Origin: Polyangiaceae bacterium | GTDB lineage: Bacteria > Myxococcota_A > Polyangia > Polyangiales > Polyangiaceae | DNA length: 64,000 bases | Assembly (NCBI GenBank): GCA_965222375.1 | Contig: CBDCTZ010000011.1 | Span: forward strand, 512,001-576,000 | Direction of reading: 5' to 3' | Part shown: positions 9,658 through 20,039 of the stretch, one piece after another | Position numbering within the stretch: the first letter of the stretch is position 1 | Layout of the letters: every line of letters starts with the position of its first letter | The notes under the pieces: generated by a model | Databases searched by the model: none | What the model was told of the DNA's origin: nothing | The model's input: only the letters and a program-made list of their open reading frames with translations | Made by a program: the position numbers and the translations under genes

Positions 9658-11111
9658 CTCATGATCATACACATCTCGTTGCGATGACGGATTGGGTGTG
9701 ATCTACCCTTTCGGATGAAGGCAACGGAGTGGTTTGACGGTCGGATATCCGGACAATTCGAGGGTGCGGAACTCGGGCGACGAGCGGCGCACGGAGCGGG
9801 TCAAGTGGCTGGCGGAGGGGTTGATGACGGCGCCTGGGGTTGGATTTCCGAAGCTGGCGAGGACGCCTTCGGAGTTGGAAGGGATCTATCGATTCTTTCG
9901 CAATGAGCATTTCGATGCCGAGGACGTGCTGGAACCACACATTGAAGCAACAATAGGACGTGTGCGTACGGCCGGCACGTGCCTGGTGGTGCACGACACG
10001 ACCGATGTGACCGTTGGTGGCTCGAGTGAGCGCGAAGGAATGGGGGTGACTTCCCCCGCGGGTCAGGGCTTCTTCGCGCACATTGCTCTGGCGGTCCTGC
10101 CCGGAGAAGAACGGCTCCACCTTGGTGTCCTGGGTTTGCGTCGTCATGTACGCCCGAAAGGCAGGGCTAGGAAAACGAAGCGCGCTCTCGCGAAAGATCC
10201 GCAGCGGGAGTCTCTGCGCTGGGTTGAGATGCTGGAGCAAGTGCACTCGGAGGTGGGTAGCGACGTAATCAATGTCATGGACCGTGAGGCCGACATCTTC
10301 GGTGTGCTTGCGAAGGCGCAGGAACTACATGCCCGTTACATTATCCGTGCGGCACAAAACCGGTCGACTGATGAGGTGGGCGTCTACTTGCGTGATGCGA
10401 TATCCGAACTCGAACCGCAGCTGCATCGGACGATCTTCGTTTCGAAACGAGGACAGGGTGTCCCTCCAAATGTGCGAAAAGTGCATCCTCCGCGCAGCGG
10501 ACGTCGTGTGGAGATAGTGATTGCAGCGACCTCCGTGACCTTCAAGCGACCGTATGGCAAGGAGGGACCAGAAAGCCTGGCGGTCAATGTCGTCAGGGTG
10601 TGGGAACCAGAGCCGCAAGCAGATGAGCCACCGATCGAGTGGATCCTTCTCACGACCGAGCCGATCGATACCGCCGACGCGCTAGCGGAAGTCGTCGACC
10701 ACTACCGCAGCCGTTGGGTGATCGAAGACTTCTTCAAGGCGCTTAAGCAAGGATGCAGCCTTGAGAAGCGACAACTCGAATCGTACGAAGCCATGAGCAA
10801 GGCGTTGGCTGTGTTTCTACCCATCGCGTGGACGATGCTGCTGATGCGGTCGCTGCCGCACGCTGCTCCCAACGAGCCAGCAACAATTGTACTGAGCGAG
10901 ACACAGCTACTGCTGCTGCATGCGAAACTGCAGCTCAAGGCTCGCCCCGAAACAGTGGAGGAGGCCCTCTACGCTGTTGCCCGCCTTGGCGGTCACTTGA
11001 GAAATAACGGCAGACCTGGCTGGCAAACCCTCGGGCGCGGCTTCGAGGAGTTGCTCATTGGCGAGTACTACTTTCGCCTCGGAGCCGCCGAAAAATGCGA
11101 TCAATCATGAG
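9658..11111 (+). mobile_element. IS4-family (IS50/Tn5-like) insertion sequence
   Basis: Imperfect terminal IRs CTCATGATCATACACAT / ATGCGATCAATCATGAG flank a DDE transposase. Confidence 0.9.
9715..11110 (+). pseudogene. IS4-family transposase with an extra base near 9777
   Basis: MKATEW..FEGAELG then shifts to DERRTER; VHDTT, MDREAD and YRSRWVIEDFFKALK (YREK) motifs. Confidence 0.8.
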
Positions 11112-11345
11112 CCCGCGGGGGTGGGCTCCGTACAGAATTTCGCGCAACTGAATCTTCATTAGGCCGACCACAGTGCCCACCCGCCCTGGGGCTTTGTTGT
11201 CCCAGAGTTGCCACGCCATGCTTCCCCCTATCAGCCGTCGGTACCAGTTTTCTTTCAACGTTTCAGTCACGAGGTGCCGACCATTCCAGGAGGCTCGCAA
11301 CGAAATCTGTGCGATGAGCCGCGGCGCCCGCTGCGCGGGCAGCGC

Positions 11346-12083
11346 TTACCAAACGTAAGGCAGCAGCCGGTAGCGAGTTTTGGAGCAGAACACGGCGTAG
11401 CCCTCCAGCTCCGCGCGCAGCATCTTGTCCTCGAAGGCAGTGCGGATGATGAGGGCGAGGGCCACGGCGGCTATCGGGATCCAGCACCACAGCGAACCCA
11501 ACAGCAGCGGCACGCCTGCGCTTCCCAAGATGGCGCTGGTGTAGCCGGGATGACGCACGATGCGGTAAGGACCGTCGCTGCACACTCGATGACCGCGATC
11601 CCGCTGCAGCCGTACCGTCGGCTCGAAGAATCGGTTGACCGCCAGAGCCCAGGTCACACCGCTGGCGCCAATAAGGATCAGAACGATGCCGGCGATGAGC
11701 GCGCCCGTCGAGCCATGGCTCCAACCAGCCCCGCCGACGTCGAAGCCAGCAACAATCGGGATGGCAAACATCGCCGGAATGAAGACGCTGAAGAACGCGC
11801 GGTCCGGCTTGCTGATAGATCGGCGCGTGCCACGGGCGTTGAGTACTGCCGGATTCACACGCATCAAGACCAGCGCCCCCACGGATTTGATCGCCAGCGT
11901 CAGTCCCGCATATAGCCAAGCGTTGGCCCAGCCCAGTGTCCGTGCCGCGCCCAGCGCCAACACGAGCACGATGAGCGCCCCGACATGCTCGCGGACGACG
12001 TAGCGTTTGCCAGCGTCCGTGAGGGGCTCCACCTCGGGTTCGAGGTGACCATCCATCGAGTTGTGAGGCACATACTGAGTCAC
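11346..12083 (-). CDS. isoprenylcysteine carboxylmethyltransferase family membrane protein
   Basis: NRFFEPTVRLQRDRGHRVCSDGPYRIVRHPGY; EDKMLRAELEGY..YRLLPYVW. Confidence 0.9.
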   Translation of the reverse strand: MTQYVPHNSMDGHLEPEVEPLTDAGKRYVVREHVGALIVLVLALGAARTLGWANAWLYAGLTLAIKSVGALVLMRVNPAVLNARGTRRSISKPDRAFFSVFIPAMFAIPIVAGFDVGGAGWSHGSTGALIAGIVLILIGASGVTWALAVNRFFEPTVRLQRDRGHRVCSDGPYRIVRHPGYTSAILGSAGVPLLLGSLWCWIPIAAVALALIIRTAFEDKMLRAELEGYAVFCSKTRYRLLPYVW

Positions 12084-12248
12084 GGTGCTGGGTAGCGGTG
12101 CAAAAAGCGCACCCCGCTCGACGCCTCAATTTTCCGAGTTTTCGCCGGCGCCAAAGCTTGACCCCGCGCGATGTTTGCGCCGGCGCTCCGAGCTTGCGTC
12201 AATTCTTCTTCTGCTTTGCGCGCATGTGCGTCGCGACTCACCGACGAA

Positions 12249-13373
12249 TCACAAGCATGCCCAGCCGTCGTTGCAACCGTAGGTACAACCCGCAGGTCCG
12301 CAGCAATAGCTCCCGGTGCACGCCTTGCCGGTTGCGGAACAGGTCCCGGGGTTCGGGTCGTCGGGTTGGCAGGACGTGCCCGTTTCACACTCGTCCTTGG
12401 ACCAAGCCACGTCGCACTTGCCGCCCTTCTTCGCGACGCAGGTCTTTTTGCTGAGGTCGCATGTGACTGGGATCGGTTTGCCGAGGCTGGACTTGGGTTG
12501 GGCACACTGCGCGGTCGACGTACACGGGTCACCGAGGTCTACGCCGTCGTCGCACTTGCCCGCCGTGCACTGCGGATACTGAGGACCGCAGTCGCCGGCG
12601 TCGTGGCACGGATCCCCAAACCACCCCGAGCTGCACTTGCCGTACACGCAATAGGGATCTTGTGCGCCGCAATGCGTGTCTTGCTCACAATTCGATCCAC
12701 TTTGCCCCGAACTGCACTTGCCCCCGATGCACGAGCTACCCTTGCAGTGTGTCGGCTCCTGACACGGTGACCCTTCCGTTCCGTCCTGACACGAGCCGAA
12801 CGCACAGATCCCAGTGCCGCAATCCGCCGCGATGTTGCACGCAGCTCCCTTGCTTCCACTACTGCAGGTCCCACTCACGCAGTACCCGCTGTTGCAGTCA
12901 CTGGCCAGTTCGCACAGTCCGCCGTCTTGCCCAGTGATGGGCATGCAAATCCCCGTGTCTTTGGCGCAAGCCAAGCGCTGCCCGGTCGGCGCCGGCGCGC
13001 AGCCCACGGTGCTGTCGCAGCTGGCTCCAGGCAAGCTGCGGCACAGCTTCTGCTGCGCGTTGCAGGACCCACTGACACAATGCAGATCGTGCTCGCACTC
13101 TGCGCGATCCAAGCGTGAACGCTCGACGTAGCAGGTCGGCTGCTTGCGCCCATCGAAGGCGGCGCAAAATAAGCTCGCCCCGCAGGCGTCCGGACCGTGG
13201 CTGGGGCAGCAGGGCATACTCACTCCCACCGACTTCGGGAAACTTTCGCAACCCAACGAGTGCGTGCCCGCGCTGGAGCCGCCCGCGCCCGCCGCGCCAC
13301 CACTCTGCCCGCCGGATCCCGAGCACGCGCCTAGGCCTAGCAGGACGAAAACGAGGACAAACCCGCGCCGCAT
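12249..13373 (-). CDS. Cys-rich repeat lipoprotein
   Basis: MRRGFVLVFVLLGLGAC lipobox; repeated C-x4-DC-xxx-C-xx-G-x-C units. Confidence 0.85.
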   Translation of the reverse strand: MRRGFVLVFVLLGLGACSGSGGQSGGAAGAGGSSAGTHSLGCESFPKSVGVSMPCCPSHGPDACGASLFCAAFDGRKQPTCYVERSRLDRAECEHDLHCVSGSCNAQQKLCRSLPGASCDSTVGCAPAPTGQRLACAKDTGICMPITGQDGGLCELASDCNSGYCVSGTCSSGSKGAACNIAADCGTGICAFGSCQDGTEGSPCQEPTHCKGSSCIGGKCSSGQSGSNCEQDTHCGAQDPYCVYGKCSSGWFGDPCHDAGDCGPQYPQCTAGKCDDGVDLGDPCTSTAQCAQPKSSLGKPIPVTCDLSKKTCVAKKGGKCDVAWSKDECETGTSCQPDDPNPGTCSATGKACTGSYCCGPAGCTYGCNDGWACL

Positions 13374-13635
13374 GCGCTGTTGAGCCGGCTCCGCGGCTTC
13401 AGTCGCAAGGAAAACGCCTTTTTTGGCGAACTGTCTCGTCGATCGGTTTGGGGTCGCTTCACTGCGCGGCAGCGGGGCACGACTCTCGAGCTTTCGCCCG
13501 CGGTGCGCTGGTAGCAGGAAGGGTAGCGTTGGGCGTGTGGGGCAGCGCCCAAGCGGGGACGATGGCGGGAGTCGTGAAGCAGCGCGGGCCAGCGCCGCGA
13601 CCCCAACCAAACCTCAGAAAAACGCTTTCGAGCCG

Positions 13636-13752
13636 TCAGATACGTTGCTTCAGATCGCGCCTGTGATCCTTGTATGCGAGCAACACTGCGATCACGACAG
13701 CTGGCACCGCAGTCGCGACGACAGCGATCGCAAGATTCATCCAGCCTTCCAT
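13636..13752 (-). CDS. 38-aa single-pass membrane peptide
   Basis: MEGWMNLAIAVVATAVPAVVIAVLLAYKDHRRDLKQRI; RBS GAGGAAGGGG; sigma-54 promoter upstream. Confidence 0.65.
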   Translation of the reverse strand: MEGWMNLAIAVVATAVPAVVIAVLLAYKDHRRDLKQRI

Positions 13753-13790
13753 GTCAGACCCCCTTCCTCGGTCTCTTACCGAAGTTGGAG

Positions 13791-13806
13791 AGCACGCTGC
13801 GTGCCA
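13791..13806 (-). promoter_or_regulatory. sigma-54 (-24/-12) promoter
   Basis: TGGCACGCAGCGTGCT (GG-N10-GC). Confidence 0.65.
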
Positions 13807-14133
13807 GAGCTCGGGTTCGGCGTCAGAACCCGCTGTTGTTCCGAGGTTTGCCGGGTTTGGACATCGTTTCGGGTAGGTGGGAGAGCGAAACGGGTGAGGA
13901 ATAGTTCCCCAGTGGGACATTGCGCTCCGCTTGCGCTGATTGGCTGCGTTTTGGAACGTGGAATTGATCCAACGCAAGAGTGAACGAAGAAAAAACCACG
14001 GAGCCATGCGGGGCGAAACTCCCCGGGCGCTTCGCGAATGAGGTGGTACCCTAATGGACGAGGGCGTCCCGTCCCGGCACTCGGAGCGAGGCGCATTGGC
14101 AAAGTGGCCGTGAGGCCGAGAGCAGGGGACGTG

Positions 14134-15084
14134 ATGAAGGAGGCAGGGGGGCCCAATCCGGCGGCCTTCGGCATGGTGGGTGAATCGCCCGCGATGCAAG
14201 CGGTCTTCTCTACCATTGGCAAAGTTGCAGCGAGCCATGCGAGCGCGCTGATCATTGGCGAAAGCGGCGTCGGCAAAGAGCTCGTGGCGGCTGCAATCCA
14301 TCGAGAGAGCGTGCGGCGCGACGCTCCCTTCGTCCCAGTCAACTGCGGAGCCGTGCCGCCCGAACTCTTCGAAAGCGAACTCTTCGGTCACGCCAAGGGT
14401 GCGTTCACCGGCGCGAACGCTGACCATATCGGGTTCTTCCAAGCCGCAGACGGCGGAACCCTGCTGCTCGATGAAATCAGCGAGTTGACCCTCAAGCTTC
14501 AGGTCAAGTTGCTCCGTGTCGTGCAAGACAAGCAGGTGTACATGCTCGGCGACACCAAGCCGCGCTCTGTGGACGTGCGCATCATGGCGGCCACGAGCAA
14601 AGACCTTCGGGCCATGGTGGAGGCAGGTACCTTTCGCGAGGATTTGTTCTATCGAATCGGCGTGATCATCATCAATATTCCGCCACTGCGCGCACGAGGG
14701 AAGGATATCGATCTGCTGATCCGTCACTTCGCAGCTCGCTACTCTGCTGACCAGGGCAGGCCGCCCTTGCGATTTGTGCCCCAGGCCCTCGAGGCGTTGC
14801 ACAACTACGATTGGCCCGGAAACGTTCGCCAGCTGCAAAACGTGATGCAGCGGCTTGCGGTCATGGTTGAAGGCGGCGAAGTGCGCGTCATCGACCTGCC
14901 GCCACACATGCGTGGCCGCCCACCGCCTTCACACACGCCCTCCAGCGGTTTGCGTCAAGTCGAGCTCGCGCACATTCGTGCCGTGCTGGATAGCGTCGGC
15001 GGCAACAAGACCCAGGCGGCACGCATTCTCGGAATCGATCGCAAGACGCTGCGCAGTAAGCTCAAAGGGAGCGAACCCAAGTAG
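14134..15084 (+). CDS. sigma-54-dependent enhancer-binding protein (AAA+ plus Fis HTH) without a sensory domain
   Basis: [56 protein letters not shown]. Confidence 0.95.
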   Translation: MKEAGGPNPAAFGMVGESPAMQAVFSTIGKVAASHASALIIGESGVGKELVAAAIHRESVRRDAPFVPVNCGAVPPELFESELFGHAKGAFTGANADHIGFFQAADGGTLLLDEISELTLKLQVKLLRVVQDKQVYMLGDTKPRSVDVRIMAATSKDLRAMVEAGTFREDLFYRIGVIIINIPPLRARGKDIDLLIRHFAARYSADQGRPPLRFVPQALEALHNYDWPGNVRQLQNVMQRLAVMVEGGEVRVIDLPPHMRGRPPPSHTPSSGLRQVELAHIRAVLDSVGGNKTQAARILGIDRKTLRSKLKGSEPK

Positions 15085-15206
15085 CGACGACGACCCGTGA
15101 GGCCGCGGGGAGAAGTTCAGCGCAGATTCGGCGCAGGGTCCGCTGCGCTGGGGGCGTGGAAGGAAAGCCAGGGTGACAGCGCGCAGCATTGTGCAACGAT
15201 GGGGGC

Positions 15207-15803
15207 ATGAAGGGTTCCGCGGCATCGGCTTTGGTTCTGGCAGCGTCGGCTGCCCTCGCTTTGGCTTGCTCCTCAGACAGCACGGCGAGGCGTCCGCCCA
15301 AGGATGCAGGCAGCGACGCCAGTGGAGGTGCCGGTGGCGCAGGGGGCAGCGGAGGGACCGCGGGTACGAGCGGCAGCGGAGGGACGGCGGGGGCGAGTGG
15401 CAGCGGGGGGACCAGCGGCAGCGGGGGCAGCTCGGGCGCAAGCGGCGGAGCTGGGGGCGCGAGCGGCGGCAGCGCGGGCTCGGGCGGTGCGGCGGGTGCT
15501 GGTGGCGGCTCGGACGCAGGCGCTGTGTGTAGCGTGTTCAGCTTCGATACGGATCCTCCCAAGGCGGCTGGGTTCGAGGTGACCTACATGGATTCCACTC
15601 CTTATGTAGACATACGCCTCGACGTACAGTGCAGCGGGACAGCGAATGTTTCGCTGGTCACCGCAGGTTGCCCTGGCAATTGCGTGTGGGTGTTCAGCGT
15701 GACGGGGTGTGCGCCCGGCAACGCGACCATCGGGTTCTACAAGGACGCCAAGGAAGGCGGACCTGGAACCTTGGTGACGAGCTGCAACGTAGAGTTGAAA
15801 TAG
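15207..15803 (+). CDS. Gly-linker lipoprotein with small Cys-containing beta domain (paralog A)
   Basis: Lipobox ALAC; FEVTYMD..IRLDVQC..FSVTGC..FYKDAKEGGPG. Confidence 0.85.
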   Translation: MKGSAASALVLAASAALALACSSDSTARRPPKDAGSDASGGAGGAGGSGGTAGTSGSGGTAGASGSGGTSGSGGSSGASGGAGGASGGSAGSGGAAGAGGGSDAGAVCSVFSFDTDPPKAAGFEVTYMDSTPYVDIRLDVQCSGTANVSLVTAGCPGNCVWVFSVTGCAPGNATIGFYKDAKEGGPGTLVTSCNVELK

Positions 15804-15941
15804 CGCCGGAGGTGCGCGGGACTCGATGTCCTGTCAGAGCTCGAGCACGCGCCCGACTTCTGGCGGGGCCTGCACGCCGTTCCACGGAAAACTGCGAAGG
15901 ATTCGTGACAACGCGAGCGGCCGTGTAAATATACGCGCCGG

Positions 15942-16541
15942 ATGCACGCCCCATCAGTCACGCCTCTTCTCGCGCTGTTCGGCATTCTGGCTGGAGCGGG
16001 GGCGTGCTCTTCGAAGAGCTCGATCGAAAACCCCACGGGCGGCAGCGGCGGGATCGCCGGCGCGGATGCGAGTGCGGGCAGTGGCGGCGTGGGCGGCAGT
16101 GCTGGGGGCAATACCGGCGGGAGCGCAGGAAATGGCGGCGCCAGCGGCAGCGGTGGCGCCGCGGGCAGCAGTGGCTCCGGAGGCAGCAGTGGCTCCGGAG
16201 GCAGCGGTGGTTCGGGAGGCAGCGGTGGCTCGAGTTCCAACTGCAAAGGAAAGGGATTCACTTTCCAGCCCGAGCCACCGACGAGCGCCAGCTTCCAAGT
16301 CACATACACGGATGTTGCTCTACACGAGGACGTTCGCCTCGAGGTCGCGTGCACGTCGGGGGCTGCGACGGCTGAGTTCACCGGAACCACAGGCAATTGC
16401 TCTGTGGCAGGGGTGGAATGCAACTGGCACTTCAAGGTGACGAACTGCGGCCTCGGGCCGACGACGGTCCGCTTCTATGTGGATGCGGTCGAAGGCGGTC
16501 CAGGCGTGAAGATCGCCGAGTGTAGCCTGTCGTTGAAGTAG
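15942..16541 (+). CDS. Gly-linker lipoprotein (paralog B, tandem duplicate of A)
   Basis: Lipobox AGAC; FQVTYTD..VRLEVAC..FKVTNC..FYVDAVEGGPG. Confidence 0.85.
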   Translation: MHAPSVTPLLALFGILAGAGACSSKSSIENPTGGSGGIAGADASAGSGGVGGSAGGNTGGSAGNGGASGSGGAAGSSGSGGSSGSGGSGGSGGSGGSSSNCKGKGFTFQPEPPTSASFQVTYTDVALHEDVRLEVACTSGAATAEFTGTTGNCSVAGVECNWHFKVTNCGLGPTTVRFYVDAVEGGPGVKIAECSLSLK

Positions 16542-16679
16542 TGACGCACCATGCTTCGCCGCCGGCATGCTGTGCCCGACCAGCGGGCTGGGCAGCCCGG
16601 CATGTGCCAGCTAGCGCTAGCCTGACATTCGGATCGCGCTGACCGTGTCAACGCTCCGACCAACGCGGCATTTGTCGCG

Positions 16680-16695
16680 TGGCACGTTCGCTGCA
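16680..16695 (+). promoter_or_regulatory. sigma-54 promoter
   Basis: TGGCACGTTCGCTGCA about 50 nt before the ATG at 16744; TGACA..TGTCA inverted repeat at 16623-16650. Confidence 0.6.
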
Positions 16696-16743
16696 CAACC
16701 ATGACTACGAACGCTGGGCAGCGTTTTTCGAGAGGAGTCAGCA

Positions 16744-17460
16744 ATGAGCGCGATCGGGCCACGCTGGATCACAACCTTGAGCAGCAGCATGATCGTTGCA
16801 GCTGCGATGCTCGTCGCCTGCAGCAGCGACAGTGGTGGCTCTGGGAACGTCGGCGGCACCGGCGGAAGCGCCGCGAGTGACGCCGGAGGCGCTGGTGGCA
16901 CCGCAGGGACGGCTGGGAAGACCAGCGTTGGAGAGTGTACGGGGTCGAAACCGATCGCCGACCGGCCCGGCTTTCAGCGCTGCGAGGAAGCCATCGAGCA
17001 TCGCCCAACCGCTGAACAGTGCAACGTGCCGGCGCCTTCCAAGTGCGGTCAATCGCCCAAGGGCTGCAAGAGCAACGCCGAGTGCACCGCCGAGCCCAAC
17101 GGCTATTGCGCAGGCACCCTGCCGCCCGGGAGCACCTGCACGTGCATTTACGGTTGCACTCAGGACTCCGACTGCGCTGCTGGTCAGCTCTGCAAGTGTG
17201 GAGCGGAGCGCAGCTTCTGCGCCACGGCCAAGTGTCGCACCGACGCAGACTGCGGCGCCGGCAAGCTATGCGTCGAAACCCTCTTCGACGATTGTACTCG
17301 CGGCTACGCCTGCCAGACCGATGCGGACGAGTGTTCCCGCGGAACCTGCGGCGATCCCGAGCCGCCGTCTACGGATCGACCCGCGTGCGTCATGACGGGC
17401 GGGAAGCGAAGCTGCAAGAAGGTGAATGTCTGCTGCATCGATCCCACCTCGTGCGCGTGA
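16744..17460 (+). CDS. Cys-rich lipoprotein
   Basis: RBS AGAGGAG, lipobox LVAC, C-xxDxDC repeats. Confidence 0.85.
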   Translation: MSAIGPRWITTLSSSMIVAAAMLVACSSDSGGSGNVGGTGGSAASDAGGAGGTAGTAGKTSVGECTGSKPIADRPGFQRCEEAIEHRPTAEQCNVPAPSKCGQSPKGCKSNAECTAEPNGYCAGTLPPGSTCTCIYGCTQDSDCAAGQLCKCGAERSFCATAKCRTDADCGAGKLCVETLFDDCTRGYACQTDADECSRGTCGDPEPPSTDRPACVMTGGKRSCKKVNVCCIDPTSCA

Positions 17461-17665
17461 TTGCGCGTCCCCACGCGGTTGCCATGGCGCCGTGGACCTC
17501 GCCGTCTTGGTTTCTTACTTCGGCTTTCCACACGCCCATCTTGGGTTTGCCCTCGAGCAAGTAGGCGAGGCCCACCCGAGCGGCGGCCCCGCCTTGATGG
17601 TCGACGATCTGAATGCGTCGCAGGGCGACGTTGCAGTCGGTGCACTTGCGCTCGGCATGACTCAT
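17390..17665 (-). CDS. small hypothetical protein, possibly a degenerate Zn ribbon
   Basis: N-terminal KCTDC; 3' end overlaps the convergent gene. Confidence 0.45.
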   Translation of the reverse strand: MSHAERKCTDCNVALRRIQIVDHQGGAAARVGLAYLLEGKPKMGVWKAEVRNQDGEVHGAMATAWGRAITRTRWDRCSRHSPSCSFASRPS

Positions 17666-17714
17666 GGCCCCAACAATGCCAGTGGCGGCGCAGTCTGGAA
17701 ACCGGTCCGGGCGC

Positions 17715-18266
17715 TTAGGCAGGGCCGAGGCGGTTCCAGAGTTGTTGGGACAGGAAGCCGATCAACACGGGAAAGACGGCGCTCGCCGCGATGCGGCACA
17801 AGGTGTAGCGCCACCCCATCAGGGGCAGTTCGAAAGCGAGAATTCGGTGCACCCCGAGCAGCGCCCAGGATGTCACGAAAGCGGTGACGACGCCGACGCC
17901 GGTGCCGGCCTTGAGCAGCACGGCCAAAACGGGGAACAGCACGAAGGGGCCGCCGGGTGCGAGGGCGCCGGCTGCCGTGCCAAGGGCGAGGCCTTTGAAC
18001 CCGGAGTCTTGACCCAGCCACTGGCCCAATTGCTCTTGGGGGATCAACTTGCTCGCCATGCCGGCGAGAATGAACGCCGGAATCAGTATGGGACCGACTT
18101 GGATCAGCAGCGAGAGTCCCTCTTTGGCGCCGTCTAGTGCGACACCTTTGCGGTAGGCCAGAATACTCAGCACCAAGGCGATGGAGCTCATGATGATCAA
18201 GATCGTAAGCATTGGGTTCTTTCGCTTGCCGTCTTTAGCGTGTGGGGTTGTGGCGCTGTCGCTCAT
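17715..18266 (-). CDS. predicted permease (DUF318/ArsP-like)
   Basis: Hydrophobic; LGQDSGFKGLALGTAAGALAPGGPF..GVVTAFVTSW; start overlaps the upstream stop. Confidence 0.8.
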   Translation of the reverse strand: MSDSATTPHAKDGKRKNPMLTILIIMSSIALVLSILAYRKGVALDGAKEGLSLLIQVGPILIPAFILAGMASKLIPQEQLGQWLGQDSGFKGLALGTAAGALAPGGPFVLFPVLAVLLKAGTGVGVVTAFVTSWALLGVHRILAFELPLMGWRYTLCRIAASAVFPVLIGFLSQQLWNRLGPA

Positions 18267-18721
18267 TAGAAGATCCCGAGCTGCAGGCCCGCGGCCAGGG
18301 CTTGGCCCAGCTCCTCGCACCGTTCGATCACTTCGTCGGTGACGACGCCGCGGCAGACCACGGCGTCGGCGACCTTCTTTAACTGCATGCCCTTCGCGAT
18401 GCGCTCGATGTTGGACAGAGCGCCGCTACCATCGTTGCCGGCTTTGATGAACACGGCATAGGGGCGTTGCACGAGTTTGCCCTCTGTGGGGTAGTAGGTG
18501 CGGTCGAAGAGGTCTTTGAGGGCGCCTGACATGTAGCCGAAGTTCTCGGGTGTGCCGAAGATGATGCCGTCGGCGTCGAGCAGGTGCTGCTGATCCGTGT
18601 CGAAGGCGCGCTGCAGCACCGTCTTCACGTCCGCTTCGCGCTGCGCTCCACGGAGCACTGCTTCCGCCATGCGTTGGGCGCCGCCGCTTTGGGAGTGGTA
18701 GGTGATGAGCAGGCGTTTCAT
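18266..18721 (-). CDS. flavodoxin-family / NAD(P)H-dependent oxidoreductase
   Basis: LLITYHSQSGG; ADGIIFGTPENFGYMSGALKDLFDR; AGNDGSGA. Confidence 0.9.
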   Translation of the reverse strand: MKRLLITYHSQSGGAQRMAEAVLRGAQREADVKTVLQRAFDTDQQHLLDADGIIFGTPENFGYMSGALKDLFDRTYYPTEGKLVQRPYAVFIKAGNDGSGALSNIERIAKGMQLKKVADAVVCRGVVTDEVIERCEELGQALAAGLQLGIF

Positions 18722-18802
18722 GTGGGAGTACGCTGTGGCTGAAGCCCACGATTCACTTGACTCGGGTGCGGAACGAGGGGCCAAGGCTGCTCGGCCCCAG
18801 GG

Positions 18803-20011
18803 TTGAACAGACTATGCTGGCGTACTATATGCCTTTGCGTGCGCTTGGCGGCTTTCATCACATTGGCTATGGTCGGTTGCAGCTCATCGGATGCTGTGAA
18901 CGAGGCCGAGCATTCGGACACGAGCGACTGGCAGGATGGCTACGACCAGCGAGAGGCCGCGAAGGCGGATAGCTCCGCGTGCTCCGCCATGGCGGTGCCG
19001 GACCCGGGACCCTTTGGCAAGCGGGTCGCGCTGACTTTCGACGATGGCCCCAATCCGCAAACGACGCCGAAGGTGCTCGACGTGCTTGCCCAGTACGGCG
19101 CGAAAGCCACGTTTTTCATCAACGGCGAGCGCGCCAGTTCGGCGGCGGCCCGCAGCGTCATCGACCGCATTCGTCAAGAGGGGCACCTATTGGCCAACCA
19201 CTCTCAGAATCACAAGAATCTGAAGAAGGTGTCCCTGGCCACGGCGGACGAGCAGATCCGCCTGACCCATGAAGTCATTGCGAGCGCCGGGGAGAGTCGG
19301 CGCTACTTCCGCTTTCCTTACGGCTCGGCGAAGTGTAGCGGGATCGCTCGGGCCAAAGACTATGGCTACATCGTCACCGGCTGGCAGAATGACTCAGCCG
19401 ACTGGTGTTTCGCGGAACGCACGGGTGGCGTTGGTCATTGTGCGGCAAGCGTGTGGTCCCGCATGCCCGACGATTACCGCAGCGACATGGTCGGCTACTC
19501 CCTGTCACAACTTCGAGACAACGAGGGTGGGCTGATCTTGTTTCACGACATCCATCAGTTTACAGCGGACAACATCGAGGCGGTGATCGCGCCCCTCGCG
19601 GCTGAGGGCTACGTGTTCGTGACCGCGGACGACGTCACCTCGTTGCCGAAACTCAACAGCGAACCTTCGAAGCCCAGGGCCTTCGTGGGGGATCCCTGTG
19701 TCGCGGATGAGGACTGCGACTTCGAGGTGGACGGGCAGGCGGCGGTGTGTGCCAAGGGCCCGGCCGCATCCTCGAGCGATGGCGGATTCTGCAGCGTAAG
19801 TTGCGAGGGGTTTTGCCCGGATCAGGCGCAACGCGCGCCGACCTTCTGCACGACGCTTGTTGGAACGACCGGCGGCAGCTGTGTCGCCCGCGCGCATGCG
19901 CTCAATGGCGAGTGCAACGCGATCCCGAAGACGCGGGTGACCGACGCCGAGCGGTTCATCGGCGAGAGTGGTGCTTCTGAGCTGACGGCGTCCGTGTGTT
20001 TGCCCCCGTAA
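18803..20011 (+). CDS. polysaccharide deacetylase (NodB-type) lipoprotein with Cys-rich tail
   Basis: VALTFDDGP, ATFF, NHSQNH, FRFPYG, ILFHD; lipobox MVGC. Confidence 0.9.
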   Translation: MNRLCWRTICLCVRLAAFITLAMVGCSSSDAVNEAEHSDTSDWQDGYDQREAAKADSSACSAMAVPDPGPFGKRVALTFDDGPNPQTTPKVLDVLAQYGAKATFFINGERASSAAARSVIDRIRQEGHLLANHSQNHKNLKKVSLATADEQIRLTHEVIASAGESRRYFRFPYGSAKCSGIARAKDYGYIVTGWQNDSADWCFAERTGGVGHCAASVWSRMPDDYRSDMVGYSLSQLRDNEGGLILFHDIHQFTADNIEAVIAPLAAEGYVFVTADDVTSLPKLNSEPSKPRAFVGDPCVADEDCDFEVDGQAAVCAKGPAASSSDGGFCSVSCEGFCPDQAQRAPTFCTTLVGTTGGSCVARAHALNGECNAIPKTRVTDAERFIGESGASELTASVCLPP

Positions 20012-20039
20012 CATAGCCGCGTGTGCTACTCTCTCGTCC

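Noticed and set aside
11112..11345. gene remnant right of the IS4
   Set aside because: An open frame exists, but no family is recognisable
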